Shown: positions 54,101-64,000 of the stretch, one piece after another
How positions within the stretch are numbered: position 1 is the stretch's first letter
How the letters are laid out: each line of letters begins with the position of its first letter
Source of the DNA: Yuukianura sp. NJ FZ-2021
Lineage: Eukaryota
Assembly (NCBI GenBank): GCA_046563655.1
Contig: CM102284.1
Location: forward strand, 4,836,001-4,900,000
Direction of reading: 5' to 3'
Length of the DNA: 64,000 nt
Notes under the pieces: model-generated
What the model was told of the DNA's origin: nothing
Databases searched by the model: none
The model's input: only the letters and a program-made list of their open reading frames with translations
Position numbers and translations under genes: made by a program

Positions 54101-55372
54101 AGTTACTACAGTGCCAAGTAGGTTAGGCAAAAATTTTAAGCTTTTTTGCAACAAAAAATACAGTTAGTGTGGTAAAGTCCGAAAAGAGAAAGTTGGAGAA
54201 GCGACGGGCGAACACTTAAGGAGCTGGAATCGCTGCTGGAATTGGATCACATAAATTGCACTGGAAATTTAGAGCCAACTAAAACAATTGACTCAAATTA
54301 GACTTAATTCTTATTCATCATCATAAAATTTTGGATTCAGCAATAAAAAACGTGGCGTGCTAAGTTTTCGGCTTCTCTTCAACCTTTCTCTGCTTTTACC
54401 TGATTTTATATGTTAAGAAATTCTAAGAAAATGAAATTGTAGTATGAAATTTGCAATTTTTTGCACAAAAAAGAAAGCAGAAGCGAGACGGAGGTAGTTT
54501 CAGGTTGCTTTCAAAACAAATTTTTTCATATCACGTACGACATGTCGTGATCAAATTCCATTGCAAACTAAAGCGCACATATCTTAAGATCTCAAGGAAT
54601 TTAGGGCTTCGTAAAACGATTTGTATAACATCATATGCTGAAAGCAAGGTCAGGCTAACTAAAAGTTAGGTTGTGTCTGTGACCTCTGACCTGGGTTCAT
54701 ATTTGAGTGAAGTTTTGCGAATATTGGCACAGCCCAGCATTCCACCAATGGAAGATAGAAAACCACCCAAAGAGCAAACAGATTCACCCCCGCCTCCGTT
54801 TCCTTCCCATACCACAATGCCTAGAATTTTTGAAAATTTTGAAAGTCATTCTAAATGTTAGCAAAGCAATTCAAGTTGGAGATTTTAAATTTGAATTGAA
54901 TTGTAAATTGTAGTGCCAAATCAAACTCAAACTTTGAATTTTCTTCTGTGTTTTTTTTTAATTTTAGCGCTTTTGCAAAACCTGTTTTTGGCTGAACGTG
55001 AAGCTGCTGCTGATGTCCGCGGTCCAACGACGGAGACATTGGCGAAATTTCGTTGTTTGGAATAAGTGTTTGAGCGACATTGTTCGGCAGTGTTGCCGGA
55101 GACTGAGAATGTGGCGGTGGTGAAAGTCCTGTGATTGACCCTGCCGAAACTGACGCTGACGTTGACGCTTCGGCTGGAGAAGTTAAATTAAGCGCACTTG
55201 TGATTGAAGTCAATTCAAACGCTGCTTCAATCTCCGACTGTTTCCGTTTCGTCGTGCGTCTTCTCCGGTATCTCGGAATGTGCACTTTTTGTTGACAAAA
55301 TCTGTCGTGGCCAATCAGTCGTTCCTCTCTGCGTTGTTCCGGTCCACCACCGTCTCTGTAGAACTTGAACAT
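51155..55372 (-). CDS. Slob: Slowpoke-binding protein (Slob)/PXK-like pseudokinase, multi-exon
   Basis: RRRRT.KR.QS N-terminal motif, LQHPYVCPVLDL, GSVRDVFQK, QVQRLSCQVLEALL, HLHPGNVLVQ..TARFSGLDN. Exon boundaries approximate. Confidence 0.8.
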
Positions 55373-57745
55373 GCTGGAGGAGCGTTCAGCGTTGTTGGAA
55401 ATGCTGCGTTAAAACTTCCTGTTCCAGCTGCTACAGCCTTGTTCCAAACGCTCCTCTTTTTCACCATTGTCCATTGAATATTCAGTGCCTGGAGAGAAAG
55501 TCGCTTGGAGCGACAGCTTTGTTGTACTTCAACTTTCTCCTGAGAGTGACTTTGACAATTCCGAAGAAAAATAAGCTCCAGTTCTAGACCACACGACGAC
55601 TAGGTTTTCCAATACTAAGGGAAATGCAGGAGCTCCGACGCACTCCAGGTCCACTCCAGAGTTTGATGTTTGTTAGGTTAAGTTTAGGTTGGTTAGGCCA
55701 ACCTAGCCTGTTTTTTCAGTTGTAATTTTGCAACCATTCCCCTCTCCAGTTCTGCTGGATAAATAATCAAGCTCTGCCCAAATCAACTTTCATTTCACTC
55801 CAAAGCTAAACCCATGGCTATGTAGGAGGGTGAAAGCATTTTGAATATCATGAAAAAAGCTTTTTTTAACAAAGAAATGGTTTTCTAACATCTTTTCTTT
55901 CTGAAAAATGGTTTTCATTCATTTTTTTTTAAAGTTTCCATTAGAAAAGTACGATCAACCTAAATGAAAAAGTGATGATGCGGAGAAAGCTATTCACTCT
56001 CAGCCTTGATAAACTTCTGATGACATTTCGCCAATTGACCTTTCAAAAATGGAGCACAAAAGGCGCCTTTGAGGTATTTCCACCGTTGAGTCACGGTCAC
56101 GGTGGAAAAAGCAAGCCACGGTTTTTTTTTTTTTGAAAAACTAAATGAAAATTTTAGACAACATGTTATGTCAGAGGCGATTTGAATCAGAACGGCTGTC
56201 GTCACTTCACTTTGCAACACTCTTTTACATCAAACTTTTAACAAAACTTTCAGTAAACTGCTGAAAACGAGCGTAGATTGGTGAAACTGGAGAAAGTTTT
56301 AGTCAATTACTTATTGCAACAAAGTGAAAAAAAACTTTCAGTTGAAAAATTTAAAATTTGTCGAAATTTTGGGAAAAACTGAGCCCTACTTCTGGAATCA
56401 ATCGCTTATGATGATGCCAATTTAGAAAAAAAGAACTCTATAAATATAAATTTTTTTAAAAAAGAGTTCTTAAAAAGCGTCATCTATTTTTAGCAAACCT
56501 GTGCATTTTTCTTGACAAATCAAACAATAACCATAACAAACAGCCTGGAGGTTAAAAAGTTTTAGTCATTAAGCAGATGTAGATACAACGCTTGCAAAAA
56601 TTGTGCGAAAATCTTTCTCCAAAATAATTTTATGCACAACGTAGCACATTTTCGCTAGGTGCTAAATGCCTCCAGGGCGAACCCAATCGTTATGACCATA
56701 TTCAAAGGCTGACATTTGGTTCATGTCATTTTGTTTGTTTCTCCAAGGTCAAATCGTTTCTCAGCGAGACATTTCCATCCTGTCCGCCTTGCTCGCAGTT
56801 TCTGTCTGACTGGATCTTGGCCAAGAATTCTTTACTCCACAGAAGACGAGAATAAACCATCTTCCTACTGCCCTTGTTCCTGAGAAGATCTTTGCACAAA
56901 CGCAACGCTCTACTCAAAATTTTCGACTCCTCTAATAGCCTACACTTCCATTTTCATTTTTTGTGGGCTACAAATCTTTCCTTTGGGAAAGTTATGGTAG
57001 AATGGACGATCTTTCTGCGTTAACTCCCTTCTTCCATAAAACCGAATAACAAAAGTTTCCTCCCTTGCTGTGGCCTTCAGACCTAATAGCACACCATACT
57101 AGAAACCATGGAGGGAAACGCTCCATCTTCTCCTTAATTTCTGCTTGGAATTCTGCAAAATTCTGCTATTCGTGTCGACACTCAACCTCCAGTCGCCTTG
57201 GCTTTGCTTTGCCCTGATCCTCCATCACTCCGAACTTTTTTTGGTCAACCACGCCCTTCCTTCCCACTCAGAACTGTTTTGAATCCTGAACAGTCAAGAT
57301 CTCTCAGTTTCCTTCCACGTTTCTCTTTTTAACCACCAGCGTCCTTCTGTAATCCAAAAATTCAGGGTAAGAATTTCAAATTTGATCATTCCAGGAGAAA
57401 GTGGTTAAGCTGAGAGATGATATTTTGCACAAAAACTTTCAATTTTAGGATAACCTGGATTAAATCTAGGAAAACGTCGAGATTAAGTAGCGTTTTCAGC
57501 TAAAAGTTACCTTTATTCCAAAAAATTTTGAGTAGTTTTGGTTTGCTTTAGCTTCCACTACCTTCAGCGGAATCTGAAAAATCAAACGTATTTTCTTAGC
57601 TTATTAGGCATGCATTGATTGGGTGACCTTGATCATGGTCAAGCGTTAATCCAGTTGACCTTGGCCAGGGTTTTACGAGTCAATCCAGTTATATCAACCT
57701 CACTTCTTAAAATTTTTCAGGGATTTCAATTGCAAGAAAAATAAG

Positions 57746-58624
57746 ATGGAGTGGAAAGTGAGCTTTGCTCTTTGCGTCTTCGTCGCCCTCTGGGGAGAAA
57801 GTTATGGAAACGCTGCAGATCAAATCCAGCGATTGACCGCAAGTCTCAACTTGAAAAACACACTCAGCTTTGGAGACAAGTGTAACTACGAATCGGAGCA
57901 GTCGAGACAAAAGTATATCAAGGAATACTTGGACAAGACCAAGAATATGATGGGAATGGGACCGGGAGGCCCGCCTGGTGGACCAGGAGGCCCACCCGGT
58001 GTACCCGGAGGGCAAGGGGGGCCAGGGGGATTGAATTTGGACCTCAAGAACCCCACAAACGCACAAAGTTCATTGTTCCAGCTCGCACAGCAAGGAGAAA
58101 CTGCTCTAGTGGCCGCACTGGACTCCTTGTCCAAACTGCATGGAAATCTTTGCAACACGAGTCAAAATCTGGCTTGTCTCCCCACGGGTACTTGCGGATG
58201 TGCTGAAAATGACATGTCATCGGGATTCACCGTTTCGTTTGAGCGTGAAGGAAACGCATGCGTCGTCAAAGCTGGAACCAACGCCGTTTGTATGCCAAAG
58301 GAAATGACGTCCGAGGCGATGGACACAAAAGGGGGTCCACCACCACCAATGTTTCGCAGCGCTGCTAGCATGGCCAGTGCAGTGACTTGTCCAGCATCGG
58401 AACGCTGTTTGATCAGGGATAGTGAGGATGAATGTAGCCAGGAGAAAGTCCAAAAGAAAATGGCGGCCGACATGGCAGAGCAGGCGAAATCTGGCAAGTT
58501 GGACTTTGGCAAAACCGCGGGATCGTTGATGGAAGGCCCTTGCGTCTGCGCTGGAACGAATCTTGCAGCGTCCATTTTGGTCATCATTGTTTCCACAGTT
58601 GCATGCGCGACTCGGCTGTTCTAA
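57746..58624 (+). CDS. Secreted/GPI-anchored Cys-rich protein with Gly-Pro repeat, unknown function
   Basis: Signal peptide, GPGGPP repeats, Cys-rich module (CNTSQNLAC...CGC...C) and hydrophobic C-terminal tail; single coding exon. Confidence 0.85.
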   Translation: MEWKVSFALCVFVALWGESYGNAADQIQRLTASLNLKNTLSFGDKCNYESEQSRQKYIKEYLDKTKNMMGMGPGGPPGGPGGPPGVPGGQGGPGGLNLDLKNPTNAQSSLFQLAQQGETALVAALDSLSKLHGNLCNTSQNLACLPTGTCGCAENDMSSGFTVSFEREGNACVVKAGTNAVCMPKEMTSEAMDTKGGPPPPMFRSAASMASAVTCPASERCLIRDSEDECSQEKVQKKMAADMAEQAKSGKLDFGKTAGSLMEGPCVCAGTNLAASILVIIVSTVACATRLF

Positions 58625-59960
58625 AACAAATTTAAAACAAAAGAGCTTCGTCAGATTTCTTAAAGTTACAAAAAAAATGTCGCCGACAAATTAACAATAT
58701 CGTCCTTCACTTGCCTTTCTCTACAACGTAAATTACAGGATGGTGGTAAAAGTTACAAAGAAATAAGAAGCTTTGCTTTCAAGTCTTGCGTTCTTCGTCC
58801 AGGACGTGCCATTAACCAAGTTATAAATTATAAGTTAATTGAATTCACACAAACTCCAGAGATTTTTTGTGGTAACTAACAAAATTGTTCAGAAAGAAAA
58901 TGAAAATTTTAAAATGCATGAGATATAATTTAGAAAAAAAATTGAAATTTGAAAATGTATGAGATAATTTAGAAAAAATATGAAATTAGAAAACCAATGT
59001 TAGGGGAAAATACTATATGGAATTACTAGCTTTACAAAAATTAGAAAATGTACAAAAATATAATTTAGCAATCTAAAGTTCTACGAAACATATTAGCCTT
59101 GAATGTATTTTAGCCTTGTGAAATTGAAAATGATTAAAAAATGTCATAAAAAGTTATGATGATGAGTTTTGCAAGTAAAATTTAGTATTTCGATCGCTAT
59201 TTAACGAATTTGTATTTGACTTTTGTTTCAAGGATAAATTCAGAAAATCTTACGTTGTTTCACCTTGGATTTTACTTTTTGGCACAGAAATCTAATAATT
59301 TTGAATCTAATCTTTCTGGGTTTTTGGAATTTAGACAATATTGAAGCCAAATCGATCCAAGAGTGTCTAAATTGAAATTCATTTTCAATGCCAAAAAATT
59401 TTTCGAAAGAAGAGCAGGGAATGACATAAGTTTTCAAATTGAAAAAAAATTCCAAAATTCTAGAAAGACATACTGATACTATGGAAAAAAGCAAGTTTAG
59501 TCATCATTAATACTTAACCCGCTCGCAACGCGTTTCTTGTCACGTACAAAATTCAGTGTTGTTTTTGACCAATTTTTGAACTTTACAGTTAAATGAGGTC
59601 ATTTATGGAAAAATTTCTCAAAATTGTAAATTATCAGAGCTAGTGCTATATTGGTAATCATGACTTTATTAAGTGATCAAAAACGATGAGGTCATCTCTT
59701 AAGAACTGTAGGTCCAATTTCCAATGTTTCATTCCAAATTGTTCAAAATTTTGACGCATCAAGAGTTTTTTTGATCCAAAATATTAGATTGACAATCTCA
59801 AAATTGATCATCGCCACAATCCACTATCAACAACTTCGTTAACTTCGAGGGTTTTGATTTTGATGGATATAAAACTGAAGTCAATTGTTGGAGCGTGCAC
59901 ATCAGTCAATTAATTCAAAGGTTAAAAAAATTCAGTTTTTCGAATTTTGAAAGTTCCAAA

Positions 59961-60982
59961 ATGGAAAATTTCAAAGTTTTTGTCACTGCTGTAGTCCTTG
60001 GACTAATTGCTTTGACTTGTGCCCAGTACATTGAAACTGAAATTGAAGCATACCATTTCCATACGTACATTTTTGATGTAAATCCACGTCATGTTGATGA
60101 AGCTCTTAGCTTTAGGTAACCACCAAATTTTTTGTTTAAAAAAATCGAAATTTTTTCAAGATTTTGAAAAGTTGTATTTCATTTAACTGTTTTATGTAAT
60201 GTAGGAAAAAGGCACGAGAACTTATTAACGACGGAACATTTGCAGAATGCTCACTGAATCAGGTACTAGCTTGAAAAATTAAATTTTGAAATTTGAACTT
60301 TTGAATTCGAAATTTTGAAAAACAAGGTTGTAAACGTAGCGTTGCTTTTCCTTTTGCAGATTTATGTAGGGTGGGATGGTCCTCGTAAGTTGAAAATTTT
60401 TATGAAATTTTTGAAAAATTACTTTAAAAAAACTAACTCAAACTTATAATTTTGACATTTTCAAACGCAGATCCATTTTCGCAATACGAAATGTGTTGCA
60501 ACAAAACGTCCTACGCAGCAGCCTATTCGTTCCACACGCAAAACCACGGAAACTTGTCTGTGCTGGTCCATCCTCTAACAATTTACGACTTGGAGGACCA
60601 TATTACAGGAGCCACTTGGATGGGACAACCTGTCCCACTTGACACAGAGTGCCCATGCCTCTACCCTGTAAGTACTTTGACCTTTGACCTCCCTAGCATT
60701 TGAGTCTTTTCATCATTCCCTCCAAAGTCCAAACTGATTGTTTTGATTAATCTCGATTCTAGGAAATTCCGAAACCCCGCCCATGTCCAGGTAAGAACTA
60801 AAGCTACAAAAACTTTAACAAAAATTGCTTTTTTTTTTTAAATTAAATTTTCAAAATTTTCAGTTTACCCGGAATATTCTGACGAAATGCCAACCTCCCC
60901 CGAAGACATTTTGCCACCACTTCCAGGAACGGAAGATTACAGGAACTTGACGGGCTTCAATATGTTGAGCGGATTTTACTAA
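59961..60982 (+). CDS. Secreted DOPA 4,5-dioxygenase family (DOPA_dioxygen/DodA-type) protein, 6 exons
   Basis: Exons 59961-60115, 60205-60262, 60360-60384, 60471-60667, 60763-60790, 60864-60982. Motifs YHFHTY, GPHPFSQYE, NHGNLSVLVHPLT, EDH, ATWMGQPVPLD; N-terminal signal peptide. Confidence 0.85.
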
Positions 60983-61707
60983 CAAGAACAAAAACTAAAA
61001 TTAAAATTGTGATTGAATTGTCAAAATTTCCAATTTCCGAAAATTACATACAAGCAAAACCGATTTTCCTAAGAGACGTCAATCGAACAACGTCAAGTAA
61101 ATCTTTACACAGAATCGAAATTACAAGTTTTCACTCAAATTCTCTATCTCCGTGTACTTAGTGAATCTTCCATGTTGATTCAAAACTTAAAGTTGATCAC
61201 GACCTCAACGCTGACCTTGCAGTTGAGATTGTCGTTCGTACATGAAATGAAACCACTCAAAAAGATATTGTGAGACTGCAAAAATAGCGTTACGTCGTTA
61301 ACCCTTAATTAACCACTACTAAAAAATTCCTTATCTGACAATATCACTTCCAAGAACAAGTTTCAACTTCTCAAAAGTAGCAAATACTCAACTTAAGATG
61401 CGTCAGTTCAGTCAGTTCAGTGCAATTTTGAAGTTCATCTGCAGTTTTACCACCCTAATAAACAGCAGCACGACACTACGAGCAATTGGCACTTCAAGTG
61501 GGTATCCGGTGAAAATTTGCAAATTACAAAAAAAGCTACTTTATGCTTGTCTTTCAGGATTTTTCGTATTTTTATGCTAGATAAGCCTCGATTGGATGAC
61601 CTTGGGCAGTTTCACGGGTCACACCCAGTTGACATCAACTTAACTACTAACTTATTTTCACTCTGGCTTAACTTTTTTTCAGGGATTTCAACTGCAATAA
61701 AAATAAG

Positions 61708-62684
61708 ATGGAGTGGAAAGTGAGCTTTGCTCTTTACGTCTTCGTCGCACTCTGGGGAGAAAGTTATGGAAACGCTGCAGATCAAATCCAGCGATTGACC
61801 GGAAGTATCAATTTGAAAAACACGCTCAACTTTGGAGACAAGTGTAACTACCAATCGGAGCAGTCGAGACAAAAGTACATCAAAGAATACTGGGACAAGA
61901 CCAAGAATATGATGGGAATGGGACCGGGAGGCCCGCCTGGTGGACCAGGAGGCCCACCCGGTGTACCCGGAGGGACTTTACGGGGAAAATTTCCTCAAGA
62001 ACCCCACAAACGCACAAAGTTCATTGTTCCAGCTCGCACAGGAAGCTGAAACTACCTTAGTGTCCACATTGGACTTCTTGTCCAAATTACAAGGAAATCT
62101 TTGCAACACGAGTCAAAATCTGGCTTGTCTTCCCGAGGGTACTTGCGGATGTGCTGAAAATGACATGTCATCGGGCTACACCGTTTCGTTTGAGCGTGAA
62201 GGAAACGCATGCGTCGTCAAAGCTGGAACCAACGCTGTTTGTATGTCAAAGGAAATGATGCCCAAAGCGACACAAGGCGGGGGTCCACCACCACCAATGT
62301 TTCGCAACGCTGCTAGCGTCGATAGTGCGGTGACTTGTCCAGCATCGGAACGCTGTTTGATGAAGGACAGTATGGATGAATGTAGCAAGGAGAAAGTCCA
62401 AAAGAAAATTGCGGCCGACATTGCAGAACAGTTGAAATCTGGCAAGTTAAATTTGGGATCGCTGATGGAAGGCCCTTGCGTCTGCGCTGGAACGAATCAA
62501 GGTTACTATTGTAACGTCTTCTTTAAAGTGAACTTGGGTGAATTCATTTTTGAAAATTTTGCTTAAAAATTTAGAGCTCGAGTTACTGCCCAACCTCTTA
62601 AAGACCAACCTTGGAACGAATCTTGCAGCGTCCATTTTGGTCATCACCGTTTCCACAGTGGTCGGCGTGATTCGGCGGTTTTAG
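61708..62684 (+). pseudogene. Disrupted duplicate of the 57746-58624 gene
   Basis: Highly similar to copy 1, but a 30-nt segment is replaced by 19 nt near 61975-61993 (frameshift) and there is a 116-bp insertion with TSD at 62498-62613. Confidence 0.75.
62498..62613. mobile_element. Short non-autonomous DNA transposon (MITE), hAT- or P-like
   Basis: Absent from the paralog; termini CAAGGTT...AACCTTG are inverted; 8-bp TSD GAACGAAT at 62490-62497 and 62614-62621. Confidence 0.8.
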
Positions 62685-63189
62685 AACACAAAAAGCTTTC
62701 GTAATTTCTAACCTACGAAAAATGTTGCCGTGAATCTCGTGGACGTGAAGATGACATTAAGTAAAACAAAAAAAATACAGATGTATTAAACTAATTCACC
62801 TCCCTGTTTTTTCAAGTAAAATACACGCTAAAACTATTTGACAATGACCTAAATCTGACCTAGTTGAATTTAGCGTACGTACATGAAATCAAATCAAATC
62901 ATTTCAAACACACTTCAATCTAACATATAATACACAGTGTGTGTCCGGGTGTGACTAAAAGTCGGAATTCTGCTCACTCCTCGGATTTGTATGAGGGGTG
63001 GGAGTTTACATACATTTCTCCAAGCACTGCACTGACTTTTTCTCTCATAGGTACCAACTTCGAGCAAAAAATGAAAACACAAAAATTGGCTGCAGTAAAC
63101 CGGAATTGCATCCGCTGTATGCGGTTCTGCCAACTCGGATGCGTTTCGTTTGGACTTTAGTCTGTCAATTCGGTTACGTACGCAACAAC

Positions 63190-63229
63190 CTAGGCTTTCG
63201 ATTTGCCGTGAGGCAAATCGAAAGCCTAG
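63190..63229. repeat. Perfect 18-bp inverted repeat (hairpin, 4-nt loop)
   Basis: CTAGGCTTTCGATTTGCC-GTGA-GGCAAATCGAAAGCCTAG. Confidence 0.9.
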
Positions 63230-64000
63230 TTTATCAATATCAGCAACAAGAAAATACTCAACTCGGAGTTGTATGATACTTCGCGTGGTCAGTTCAGTTG
63301 ACAGCAACACCCTGACACTTGTAATTTTGAAGTACTAATAGTGCCACAATAACAAAAGTACTACTAGATTTGTACAAATCGCAATTTAACTGAATTGATT
63401 AGATTCTGTCATAATTTACAGGTGTTTGTACTTGAAATACAAACATTCAGGGAATCAATTGAAAAACTGCGCAATGTTGCAAATTCTGCTTATCATAAAT
63501 CAACCGATTTTTATTTTGAACGTTTTACAAAGATATAAAAAGAACGATAGTAAGAACAACGTAAAAAGAAGGAACTGTAGTTTCACCAGGCAATATTTTG
63601 TACAGAGAATGAACAAATGTTGAATAACTTACTAGTACACAATATTTGCAGTATTTGAGCAATTTGATTTACATTTGACCTCTGATTTAGTATGACGTAA
63701 GTAGCAGTTCGTTGAGACCTTGAGACTTTGGCATAAAGTGAGAAAATGACAGTGGGGTCTTGCGGATGTGAAATCGCACTGGAGTCTAAAAAAACAACAA
63801 GTATTTTTCAATCAAACCTGAATTTTGCCTTATTCCAAACAGGAAAAACAATTGATTCAAAAATTCTAACAAAGAAAATAAAAAGTTAAAAATAGTAAAA
63901 AGTCAAACGCCAAACCTTAGAGAGCTGCCCTCTAGTGAGTATTCCTCCATAGTATTTGAGATTCAGACGTTCCAGTATCCATGCCATTTGCTGCGGTGAC

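Noticed and set aside
61963-61999. 37-nt GT-AG segment that would repair the frameshift in the duplicated gene
   Set aside because: Much shorter than other introns here and has a weak donor; unlikely without transcript evidence.

Overview
Gene-dense eukaryotic DNA with short (mostly ~60-110 nt) GT-AG introns. The gene content (EcKinase, Slob, TER94-like VCP, Rrp1-like APE1) indicates an arthropod; a springtail-like hexapod is an inference only. Bases 1-4794 are the 3' part of an apparently intact Ty3/Gypsy LTR retrotransposon: gag end, candidate -1 frameshift signal, pol, PPT and a 562-bp 3' LTR. About 19 host genes follow: EcKinase-like, astacin-ShK protease, tetraspanin, LEPROT/Vps55, VCP/p97, APE1/Rrp1, MTFP1, LYRM1, two tandem 4-TM PPxY proteins, thioredoxin, a chromodomain protein, a 2OG-Fe(II) dioxygenase, an F-box protein, a Cys-loop channel, Slob, a duplicated secreted Cys-rich protein (second copy disrupted) and a secreted DOPA 4,5-dioxygenase-family protein. 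Most notable: (i) a chromodomain gene whose last exon is readable in two frames, so skipping a 116-nt cassette exon would give a membrane-anchored methyl-lysine reader; (ii) a candidate 1-nt microexon needed to put the canonical LEPROT/Vps55 N-terminus in frame; (iii) an intron-rich, signal-peptide-bearing microbial/fungal-type DOPA dioxygenase; (iv) strong enrichment of perfect AGGTCA DR1 motifs, mostly in short introns; (v) a 116-bp MITE with an 8-bp TSD that could be partly spliced out in frame. All gene models were assembled by eye and need transcript confirmation.
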